This document shows, piece by piece, positions 40,388 through 52,300 of a stretch of 64,000 nucleotides of DNA. Made by a program: the position numbers and the translations under genes. The DNA comes from Lingula anatina (taxonomy: Eukaryota; Animalia; Brachiopoda). The number at the start of each line of letters is the position of its first letter. Within the stretch, counting starts at the first letter, position 1. The notes below the pieces were generated by a model, which was not told where the DNA came from, searched no databases, and was given only the letters and a program-made list of their open reading frames with translations. Location of the stretch: assembly GCA_051362555.1 (NCBI GenBank), contig CM120641.1:42662401-42726400 (forward strand). Reading direction: 5' to 3'.

Positions 40388-43300
40388 AAGAACAATAAAT
40401 GTACAAACTGTGTCCACGGAAAACGATCAGCCCCTTACGGGGCTCTGTGTATGTGTATATGTATATACATATGAAAAGCAAGCAACAACTGAAAAACATT
40501 CCTATCACCGTATATATATATAACAAAGGAAGAAGACGATGGAAATTATTTTTGTAGTGGTTGAAATATGGCAGGTACGCCAGGATGTACTTATTTGTAT
40601 ATTTTGCAACATAACATAGAGTAATGGGAAAATAATAAGCAACCTCTGCGTGACATCATTTGAATGATTCGTTGTTGGAGCCTCATTTCATTATAGCAAT
40701 ATAACAAGATAATTCTCAGCGTCCGGCGCCTCTCTCTTGGTTCTTCGTCATTAGTGCCATAACGTTGCATTCAAGGTGTACGTCACACGGCAGTCTGTGT
40801 CATTGGCGGGTGAAGGTTTGCTATGGTTGGTGAAATATGGATTAAGATAAAGAATAATCCTATTTAGAGAGGAAAGAAACGCCACCCCTTCCCCCACCCA
40901 AGAAAAAAAAAACGTTAAATCTCCCTCTGAGGATTAAGGGATATCAAAACAAAAAGGAACGGGGACCATCGATGGCTATGTGATAGCGTTTTTCTGCAAA
41001 AGGTTCGGGTGCTTTTCAAAGACAAATATTAAATTTAAAAAATGGACGAAATGATGTAAGATACATTCTTAAAATACATGTAAGACAGGCGTCTGGTAGA
41101 ATTATGATTACCACACCCATACCCTAAAGTAGACGGATCTTTTTATATCATAGTTTTAGAATTTATATTTTGATTGGGGTATATGATGATGATGTGAGAA
41201 TGACTTAATTTCTCTTATTGTAAATGTGTGGTTTGAATCAGAATGTTCGGGTGAAAACATTGTCAGGGAATATGGTTGTGATTTTCCACCCTTATATAGG
41301 CATATATTGTAGATGGACGCTTCAGGTAGGCCTATTGGTTTAAACGATTGTAGTTTTTAGTGTACGCAAGTTCACAGCGCGTGCCTTTTCACTTGAGTGA
41401 ATCTACCACACCTTTATGCATTACACCTATACGCAAACTTTATCTGAAATTAAGAGATTATGGACGAGTTATTATTAAGATGGTATGAAAAATAAGTAGG
41501 CCCTACAAGACTGTCGGACATTTTTTCTCCTTTCTTTTTTATTTAAACAAAAAATAGATTTTAGAACTAAAGAGGCTGTTTCGAACTTGTTTGCATTTTT
41601 TTACGAGACACGCAGTTAGAAAATCAGACGTGACACACAAAAACATGAGCAAACATATGATATGGAAAGAATGCATGACTATGTATAATATGATGACCAG
41701 CTAAGAGCGGGTCGAACTTTATCAGTGGGTGAGTAATTAAATCAACAACTGGCTATCTTTGCGTTGACTCATGCTCTCAGACCTACAGCAAGCAGGTCGT
41801 ATATAAACATGGGACATGCACGATCTTTCATTATACGTCCTTTTTATGGTAACTGAACGACCAAGTGCATTTTTAATGAATTTTTGAAATTATGCCCGCT
41901 GTGCGCCAATGTCCAAAAGATACCTTAATTTGTAAATATCCTGTTACGTTTTATCTAGTTAACTCTTATGCAAAGTTTTAAAAGTTGTACTGATAGTTTT
42001 ATCGTTTACATTTTGGTCAATATATCGTAGACATTTTACAGCCTTTGGGACCATATCGTAGAGTATATCTTTGCGCGAAGACTTAGCAAAAGGGGAATTT
42101 AAAAATCCCGCTGCATTGCATTTGTTTAATACAGGCAGACGATAAAATGTTTTTCCTCTGCTCTCGTGTTGTTAAAAGGGAATTGTTTATACTAATCGTT
42201 TCATATTTCTGTGTTACTTATTTCACAATATATATAAACTTATATATATATACATGAAAATCTTTTATATGATATAAGAGCTATGTAGAGATGAGGCAAT
42301 AAATATGAAAATTTGGCTATTTTTGTTCAACTTTGTTAACACAGCAAAGAAGCTCTCACAGATCGCGCCCACATCCCCTTTTATATATTGAATAATTGTC
42401 TATCGTAATTATCAGTTATCTATCTACTAGTATTATCTTAATAATTTAGTAGGCCTAACAATTATCGTATTATTACACTATTTTATTATTCCACTTTTAA
42501 TTCAAATCATAAAGGTCTTTTTCCCTCTTTGAAATAGGATTTCATAATGCCTAGAAACTGATCATTTAAACAAAAAATTTAAAAATGTTTATCTAAAAAA
42601 CATAATGATAGGTCTACTGTTCCCCACTGCCAATTTGCGACGTTACTTGAACAGCATTTTCCAGCTGATAGTCATATATAGGAGAGTCTTTTTTAAAATC
42701 CATCCTAAGATCTAATATACCATATATCCGTTTATTAGATCTTAGATCCATCCAAACCATAGGAATTTCAATAAAAATTAAAATCTCATTCCAACATTAG
42801 ACCTTATGAAAGACTTAAATTTAATCTTTAAAGCTATTTCATGGTTTAATAGGCTACTGTCCATGTTTTTGAATAGGCCTAATATAAGTGGTAGGACCTA
42901 ACTGAATGTCACCCATTTGTTTGGAAAACATAACTTGACTTTTTGAAAAGAAATATAACAGCTGGTTTCTGTCCTTTTTTTCGTTAACTTTTGCTGTCTT
43001 GTATTTGAGAGCCTATTTTGAGCTTACCTGGCTGGGACGATTTAAGAGATAGTAGGCTACACTGCTAGGGACTAGGCAGCTGTCTCAACTAACGCAATAT
43101 TTTCGTGTTGGCGAACATGGATCAAACACTGGCGGAATAGCATCATTGGGCTCGTAACTGCAGAACGATGGCTTTGATGTAGAATACATTTTTCTCGAAA
43201 AGTTCTACTTGCTGTAGGAAGGTAGACTTACCAACGAGAACACATCTGGGTCAGTGCTGACGAATGACCGGTAAATTTCCCAAGTTTTGGGTGCCGAAAT

Positions 43301-43612
43301 TTCTACAATTTCCAGATGTGCTCAGTGGAGATCTGTATACAGTGTATTAATTTTCAGTTTGTACGTTAATATTGTAGTCTGCAAAATAACAATAGTATCA
43401 CTAGCGGGTACATCTCGATAAGCATACTGACCATAGTGTCATTGTGAGTGTTGTCACCAGATAGCGTTCAGTTTAAATATACGTACCAGTACATGTAAGC
43501 TGTGCTATAATGTAGTTAAAATTACAGGGCAAGTTATTCAGATAACAGTGAAGTCATACGAAATGAATTATAGATTTGGTGTTTTTCCAATGGTAGTGCC
43601 TCCATTGACCGG

Positions 43613-43920
43613 GGTCATGTCGATACTCCCCCGCACCGTTACTCCCCTGCACTGATACTCCCACGCACCGTTGCTCCCCCGCACCAATAATCCCCCTTAG
43701 TAAATTTTTGTGTATTATGCGCATCGATACGACCCCACACCGATAGATCCCCACATCGATACATCCCCAGTAAAATTGCCGATGTAGGTGCACCGTTATT
43801 CCCCCACATCATTGCTTCCCCGCATTGATACTGTGGAGGAGTATCAGTGCAGGGGAGTATTGGTGCATGGATGTACCGGTGATGGGGAGTATCAGTGCGG
43901 GGACGTATAGGGATGTAACC
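43613..43920. mobile_element. Foldback-type element: inverted arrays of ~16-bp units in the 5' UTR intron of the RING gene
   Basis: Left units gatactcccccgcacc / gatactcccacgcacc; right units ggagtatcagtgcaggg / ggagtatcagtgcgggg are their reverse complements; termini ggtcatgtc ... gatgtaacc. Confidence 0.7.
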
Positions 43921-44021
43921 AACTGCCTTTTCTTTCCTGTCATCTAGACTACATGAAGCTGGACAGAGTGTCGGTTAAACTGCACATATGAAAGATCATT
44001 GAAATACAAGAAACTCATAAG

Positions 44022-47000
44022 ATGTCCAAGTACGACACGGAGCAGTTCGACCCAGCCCCAGTTCCAGAATTGGTGTGCTGCATCTGCCATTGTGTTTTCC
44101 TTGACCCTGTGCAAACCCCATGTGCTCATGTCTTCTGCAGGGTAAGCAGCTTTCTTTACATTTAATTTTTGTAATCTGATAGTAATTCATCTGCATAATA
44201 CTGCAAGTTATTACGTGTGATATACATTTTTTTCTGTAGCCTACTACAGTTTTTGTGGGTCTCATTGTAGAGCTTTGTTAGGTGTTGGGACTCTTGGGGA
44301 CTCTTTTCACTTTATCATAACATTAGATAATTGTATCTTTTTCAAAGCACATTTTCTGAAGAATTGACAGTTTTGCTTTGAATGGAGCACTTCTATGCTA
44401 ATGATAGATTTTGCTTCTTATTCCAGATCTGTATAGAAACCTGGCTTGATAGCCACCAGAGCTGCCCTACATGTAGGAGACAGGGGATAAAGAAGGCAGA
44501 CCTCGAAGAGACTGTACCAATTATCCGGAGTATGATACAAAGGTAAAGAAAAGTTAAAGATGTTGTTTACATGTCAGTGTAACCTTAATATATAAAGTGT
44601 GTATAAAGTGTAGTTATGTTAGAGGTAATTTTAAACTGGTGAAAATTGCATATTTGTATCTTTAAAAAGATATTTATTGTCTGTTAAAGTTTGATCATGA
44701 TTTATGGCATTAGCAGTTGTCATTTATCTCCATTGATTTACATATGAACAGCTATGATTTACTCCATATGAACAGCTGGTTTTTACTGTTATTCATGAAT
44801 TAAACAAATCTGTTTCAGTTTGACCATGAGATGTGACAATAAGGAGAATGGTTGTACAGAACTGATGAAGCTAGAGCAGTATGAGACACACATCAAAGAC
44901 TGCCCCTTTGCATTACTCCAGTGCAAGTTTAAGAAATGCGGGGAAAAAATTCTTCGCATGAATCTCTCTGATCATGAGAATCAGTCGTGTCCGCACCGGG
45001 AAAAACAGTGTGATGCTGACTGTGGGTTAATGATTCCGCTGAGAGAGATTGCCAGTCACAGCTGTCTGGAGGCTTTGAAGAGAGCGTTGTCAGGTACTTT
45101 ATTTTTATGAGTCTGGGCTCACTCTAGCATAGTAAGTTTTAGCCAAATGCTGAACAAATTCTTATTTGATTAAGGAAAATGTGAGTTTTTCTTTTTTGCC
45201 AAATTTATCTTTCATGTAATGCAAAGTAATTGATTTGGATAAAACTGTCTAGATATTTGGCTAAAGGAGATTTTGTCCAAGATAGAACCCAGAATGGAAA
45301 TGGTTTATATTAAAGTGTTCCTGATCATTCCCCTGTATCCTTTTGAATCTATAAAACTGAGATGTGGGAGAAGGGCTGTTATCAGTGTTGTTTTTATTTT
45401 ATGGAGAGGATGTGTGTATGATGGGGAACAACGAGTTTTTTGAAAATATAAACAACTCCACTCAATAATTAAGTTCTATACATCACACATGAATCATTTT
45501 CCATTCAAGCGCTTTCATGAAATTTACATATATATGTATACAGCATTGTGTTAAAAACATTTTTGAAGTTCAGAAAATGACAGGAAAAGCTTATAGTGTT
45601 TTTGGATGAACTTTGTAGTTAGTAGAATATATGTGTGAAAAGAATGGAATAGATGTTACTGAACATAAATGGTGATAATTGTTTCAGAGCGCAAAGAAGA
45701 ACTTGAGAAAATGAAACAGTACACCCAAGAACTTTTGGAACAGAAGAATTCTTTAGGGCAACAGAGGGTCCAGCTTGAAAGACAACTGAATGAGGCCAGA
45801 GATCGCCTAGAGATGGTCAGAGCTGTTGATTCTACTAGTAGTGAATGGTAAGTACTAGTAGAAAGATGTTTATTCACTTACAAAACTTTCTGAGTTTACA
45901 TTTGGGATTCTGTAAATTTGAGGCTGATTAGCTAATTTTATTGACTTTTTTTCATATTTTAGGTCAATAGAGGAAAGTGTTGATGATTCAGATTTTGAGG
46001 AAGTGAATATATTTCAAATGGATGATGAAAATGATATTCAGGTAATGGCCGAGTCCGAATCTCTCTTTCTCTCTCATATGTATTTCGTATCTCATGTTTT
46101 TATATTTGATGTATATTAGCAATTGCTAAGGTGAATTATTTGGCAATTCGGGGTGTTCCACTAAGAGAGAACATTTTGGTCATGTCACTGACATGACATT
46201 TTGTGTAATATTTGCATCAATGTTAACCATTACTTTTCAAGTATTATTTCAATCATTGCTTTCAATATTGGTGAGTACTGTAGTATAAAACAGCAAAAAT
46301 GATGGACCAAGTAAAATGTAAATTTTACACAAAATGTGTGTCACTGTCTTGATTTGAATTTTCATTTTCATGTTTAAGTAAATGAAATTATGCAAGTGTC
46401 ATGCTGTTTTCAGAGGAAAGAGTAAAAATTTTACAATGCAATTTTATTATAACATTGCACAAATGTAGTTGTTCTCCTCATTGTAAAACAACCACACATT
46501 CAAATATTTATTTTCAAGATTCCTGAAAATGGAAGAATAAGAACTAGAAGTCAAACGCAGCGTACTGAGGCAACTGCAAATGCTCCAGCTGAAGACTTGC
46601 ACCCAGATAGCAGAAACAGGAGTGAGGCTGAAATCCATCAAACAGATGATAGCAGAAGTGAACATTCAGGAGATGAGAGCACCTCATCCTCTTCCTCTGC
46701 CTCTTCCTCCGCAAGCAGTACATCCTCAGTGAATTCCAGCCAGTCTCGTCCACAGTCAAATACTAGTGAAAACTTACAAGGCCAGGCTGAAGTCCCTGCC
46801 CTCCCCTGCAGTGATTCGGACACCTCAGACACTTTGTACAGCTATGGTCGAAGTCCAAAACTTAATGAAAATGATGTCCTGTCTGATACCTCCATGGCAT
46901 CTGTTGGACTCCATTCACACAGCAATTCATCATCCTCATCCTCATTGTCACCCAGGAAACCCACTAGGGTACTCTCAACTTCAGAATCCGATTCGGATTC

Positions 47001-48441
47001 TAACCAGTCAGACAGTAGCAATGATTCTAAGGCCAGTGATGGCACGGACTCCGAGGTCACTGAGGTCAAGTTGTCATCTGGCAGTTCATCAGATACTCTC
47101 TTGTATGCACTGCCCAGTGATCAAGGCGAGAATGACGATAGTGAGATTGATCTTATTCAGGAAGAAGAAATTAATTATGAGAAAACATTGACTGGAATAT
47201 CGAACCAAAAAGAGGAACAACTCAGTAAAAGAAAGCATATTGCAATGGACAAAGGAACGAGTGGTGAACTTCAAGATTGCGACAAAATTTCAAACAGTAA
47301 AATGCTTTCAAAGAATCAAGAAAAGGACAGAAAGCACAAACAGACTGGAGCAAAGGCAAGCTGTAGTTCTGTAAGAGAAATAAATAGTTCAGGAGTTATG
47401 TCCAGTTTTGAAATTCAAGATGGCTCTTCAAAACAGGCTAGGAAAAGAAAGAGGGTAAGTGACAAAGTCGCATCTGGTTGGAGAAAACAGAAGTTGCCTG
47501 AAGAGTTGCAGTCCAGTGATTCAGAAGATGAAAATGATTTTACAATAATAGATAAAACAGTGCCACGCCAAAGAAAATGTAAAAGAAATGACAAAACTTT
47601 GAAAAGAACAAAAAGTGACATGGATTGTGAAAAGGAAGAGAAAATGGTCAAAAACTCAAGATTAACAGCAACATGTAAAAGTAAGTCAACTGACAGCACC
47701 AACAGTAAAGTGGCAAAAAGGAAAAGGTCTTGCTCACCAAACTCCAACAGTACTAACATACCTCTAGTTCTTGTCCACAAAGAAACAGAAAAGGACTCCA
47801 ATAATAAAGTTGAATATAAATTAAACAGATTATTTGGTAAAATCAATGAAGGTGCATCAACATCCAGCTCTATTTTATTTGAAGAAACAAGCATTTCAAA
47901 AGCAAAGAATCCTCAGTGTTTGCCCACAGTAAAAGATGAAAAATTTGGAAGACAGAAACACTCAAGTTCAGCTCAAAATGTCAAATCAAGTAACAAAAAA
48001 CAACAAAACACCACTGGCCAAATAGATTCTCAATTCAAGGATCGTGAAACGAAATCGAAGAACAAAAACCCAGTTTCTGAAAATGCTGCAACTAACTCCT
48101 CAGAAGGAAGTGAATCCAGCACCTTGCCTAGGGACTCAACGAATGGAGGAAGATCCAATCAAAACCGACCTAAGGCGTGGATCTCTCCCGAGGGTCTCAA
48201 GGTGCCGCCATCTTGTCTAGAGATGTTGGAGAATTTCACTGCAGCTGATGAGTCTGATAGTGATGATTCATCCTGGAGGGAAGATGATCCAGAAAACTCA
48301 GACTCTGAATTTTCCAGTATTTCAGATGTGGTAACAGAAGAAGATACCGATTATGAAGTAAAGATACCTTTGTCAGCTGGACAACTTTTGGCTCAGATAG
48401 ATGGTGATTCTGATGACTCGGATGACAGCTGGAAACCATGA
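44022..48441 (+). CDS. RING + TRAF/SINA-type zinc finger + coiled-coil protein (RNF41/RNF151/PDZRN3-like N-terminus) with ~640-aa low-complexity tail, ~890 aa. Exons 44022-44141, 44427-44542, 44819-45093, 45688-45847, 45963-46041, 46519-48441
   Basis: C3HC4 RING CCIC...PCAHVFCRICIETWL...CPTCR; CDNKENGC...HIKDCPF, CKFKKC...HENQSCPH zinc fingers; 2673 nt in frame. Confidence 0.88.
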
Positions 48442-48906
48442 TGTGTGACATGTTTCCAAACTTAAAATGAAGAAACAGGAACTTTTTGATGACAACCAGG
48501 CTGCATTTGAAATAAACATTTCGAAACTATTTCGTGAATTATTTTCAATTTATTAAATTTTAAAGTGAAGTACATATAAAGACATACTTATAAGATATTA
48601 TACTCTTTTTTGTCATATTGTAATTCAAATTCATTGTTTATTTTCCAATTTATATCTTTGCTATTGAAATATCATAATCATTAAATGTGCTATTCATTAA
48701 AAATTTGATATTTCGAAACCTAGAGTGCCTTTCAATTCCATTTCATTGAACTACCCCAGCATAGTGAACGGGCCCAAGTTATTCCCTACCCAGGTTCTAA
48801 CCAAAATGTGTATCTCTTGTCACAGAAGCATACGTACTAGAGGGGGGACCCCCTTCAAATAATTCTAGATCCGCCCCTGTGATATTTTGGGGAAAATGCC
48901 ATATTA

Positions 48907-49125
48907 GGGCATATTCCCAGAGCTTTTAGATCGATCTATCCCCGCGGGGAGTCTCACTAGATTACTGCCAGATAATCCGGCTTAAATGTCCGTCCCGCCT
49001 ACTACAGGCTGTAAAGGGGTGATTAACTTTCGTGCTCACTCAGCTGACAGCTATTTAGCGTGAACCCCCAGGGAGTTAGGTCGATCTAACGTAGATCGTT
49101 CTAATATATCTCTGGGAATGGGGTC
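48907..49125. mobile_element. PIF/Harbinger-type MITE with TTA TSD; same family as 9825-10037
   Basis: tta|gggcatattcccagag...ctctgggaatggggtc|tta; shared internal blocks ttttagatcgatctatccc, gtcccgcctact, cccccagggagttaggtcgatctaa. Confidence 0.88.
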
Positions 49126-49374
49126 TTACAAAGCTGGCATCTGTTTACATATGGTTTCTCTCCCACGTGAAATCTCTCTTGATTACACTTTGCAACAATT
49201 GAGTTTAATGTCTTTTGATTACGTTTGGAGTCCATATGGCACCGATCCCGTTGATGAGCTCAAGCTTTCACTGACAAAACCATGCTGGGTAAATTTAATG
49301 ACGGAAACATGGAGAATAATCCAAACCGGAAATTGCTTTCTGCGGGATGAAACCAACGTGCTTCCGATTAAACC

Positions 49375-52300
49375 ATGAGCACGAAGTTAAAAACCAGGCA
49401 AGTAGCTATGTAGTGTAAAGTTTGTATTTCACGTTTTTATTAAGCAAATCGAGATCAAAATACTTTTGGAAACGAACAATACAATTTGCGACCGATAATC
49501 TAACAAGTCGTGGAACCTGCTTTGTTGAACATTTTAATGTAATTGAAACTACTGGACTTCTTTCGAGTACTGTACTAACAGAACACAAACGTTTCCGCGA
49601 GTTAATACTCAAATGTGAAACCTTGTTTACAATAATAATCAAATGTGAAACCTTGTTTCGACCTCTTGAAGAAAAAATTTAGGTCTACTCTCGCCGTCAG
49701 TAGCAGATAACTGCCTTTGGGTACCGTTTCATGTCTTCCAAGTAGGGTCTATACTGCAGTACTGATTACACATGATTTTTTTGCTAATTAATACTAGAAA
49801 TTAAGTAGAAGCAGTAAGTTAAAGAAGTTTGGTATAATTCGGTACAAAGATACGAGCATAAATCTGAGCATGAATAAACTGTTATAATTTTTGAGCCATT
49901 CCATTTACCCCAAGAGATAAATTTAAGTGATGCAACGTTTGTCAATGTTATGGACGTCATTCTTAAAAATAAGGGCCTAACTTTATTTAAAGGCTACATG
50001 TATAGGTGATGGTCAAAGTATCCTCAGGTATTATTTATGCTAGGTGTTGGGATAAAATGATCTAGAGACATTCAGAATGGGCTCTTTTGATTTCATTGCA
50101 AGTCTTTTAATATTTATATTAATTATCAATAAATATTTTCCTGCTGTCTATTTATTTAGCTTTGCTGTGGATAGCAGGTACAATGCCTTTTACACAGGTG
50201 GCAAAGTACAGGTAGGTTGATCTCTAACAAGACAGTTGAGGTTGGTTTCTATTGTCTCTTTGAAATTCAGGCTGATCAATATGTATATGATTCATATCTG
50301 TGGTACAGACAGTACATGCTTTACAGAAATTGCAAAACATAAGCACATGCATGGGAACTGTGAGTACTTCTCAGGGAATAATGAAAGGCTTAAAAATAAA
50401 ACACCTGTTATATTGAAATACAGATCTGTATGTTTATAATGAAAACAGCAATTATGACAAATGCAACTAAGAAGCATACAAAAAGGGTGCAGTTAGCTGA
50501 GAGAAAATTATTTGAATCATTAATTTTCAGTAATAACTTGCAGATTTCAAACACAATTACCTGAGATATTAAATTTAATAAGGCAAAGATAAATCATTAT
50601 ATAAATTTTAAAATACCAAAAAAAATTCTGCTGTCAACCCATCACAATTTTCAAAGCTTTCAAATAATCACTTTTACAAATAGCCCTTAAAGAAAATGAT
50701 TTTGGAAATAACATTAATAATTTGGCCAAATTTTTGAGCAATTACAGTAGTCACCATTAATTTGTATTCTTCCAGTTCTCCAAAGATGGCAGCTTCATGT
50801 TGTGTAGCTCAGGTAACCAGCTCCAGGTCCTGGATGTCCAGACTGGACGGATTCACAGCACTGTTGGACAGGTTGGTGGCTGTAGAATGTCAGCTTATGT
50901 TTATTTTCCTTTGTCTCAGGAGAAATTCATAAACAAGAAAATAATGTTCATAAATTGTTAGTTGTATTAAACAATGCTTTTTTTTTCAAGGGGTAGTGGT
51001 ATTCGGTTTTTAGATTTTAATCAGATTGATTGATAATTGATGTTGCGTTTCTTGCATCCAATCAGAAATTGATATTTTTGTATAGTTTTGTGTTGGCTGA
51101 GAATTACTCAAAGTGAACATTTTATATTTAGGTAGTTACAATCGTGGAAGTAAAATAATTTTATCTCTTTCAGAATGAAGAAGAAGAAGAAATCACTAGT
51201 TTTATACTAAGTCCAGATGATCAGGTAAGTACTTTTGGTAAGCATTGGTTGCTAATTTATTAGATAACTTAACAGATGTTTTTCACAGACAATTTTTCTC
51301 TTAATTCTTGAGAGAGCAAATATTTGCACAGATTTCCTTCATACTTCTAGACTCTGCACTTACTGGTAGGCAGTGGGCACCACTGGTTGTATGATTCATG
51401 GATGCATTAATGGGTCTCTTTCTTAGTGAGGGTCACGTCAAAGGAAACCTGAACTAAAATCCTGCAGAATTTATAAAGTTTTTTTACACACTTTCAGACA
51501 TTGATAGTTGCTGGCAGAAATTTGCAGCTAAGACAGTGGGAGTGGAAGGAAAACAAGATAGAAAGAACATGGAAGGTAAGCACATATGAAGTAATGATGA
51601 TAACAGTAGAAATGGAATTAATGACATTAATGAAATTAAATAAATCTCAGTATTGCGTGCATATTTGTGTAAGTTAGAGATTCGTTTAAAGCTGATATCC
51701 TGTTAGAAAAGTCATGCTAGGTTTGCAATTTAAACTTAATCTTTAGGAACCTGTTCCACCCTGATTTGATCTCACAGTGGTTAGTGTAGAGCTTAATGTG
51801 TCAGGCATAAGGATTGCTTTTGGGACATTTTTCAGTGTGTATGCCCTCTATATCATCCTCTCCTCCCCCCTTTAATTTTCTTCTTTTGTCTATTTTATCT
51901 ATGAACTATACTTTAATATTATAACTTAAACTCTGTCAAAGTCTTCAGGTCATTACATTATATCTTGACTAATATATTAACTACTTAACTAATTTATTTC
52001 TCTTTCATAAGGCAGTGCACAATGCCCCTGTGACATGTATGGCCTTTGACAGCACCTCCACGCTGGTTGCCACGGGAAGTGCTGACTCCACCATCAAGAT
52101 CTGGGACATTATCAAACAGTACTGCACTCATAACCTGAGAGGACACACAGGAGTTGTGACGTGAGATATATCATTGGTTGTAATCTATTGTATTTGATGT
52201 AATGAAATGTTATCCATCAGTATGGATTGTTGAAATGTTAGTAAGTCTTGATTACATGTACCTAATCAAATAGAACGTAGTTTGTAATCTTTCTCAACCC

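Noticed and set aside
42705-42745. 13-bp perfect inverted repeat (also a hairpin at 61087-61110)
   Set aside because: Isolated small hairpins with no supporting context
47415-47894. 159-aa minus-strand ORF (and similar at 62575-62886, 46638-47069)
   Set aside because: Antisense shadows of low-complexity coding exons
49731-49745. ATGTCTTCCAAG as TBL3 start
   Set aside because: Gives a poorer N-terminus and weak donor; the 49375 exon supplies the conserved LKT segment
51590-51700. Possible C/D snoRNA (ATGATGA ... CTGA) in TBL3 intron
   Set aside because: No convincing terminal stem or recognisable rRNA-complementary guide; AT-rich chance match
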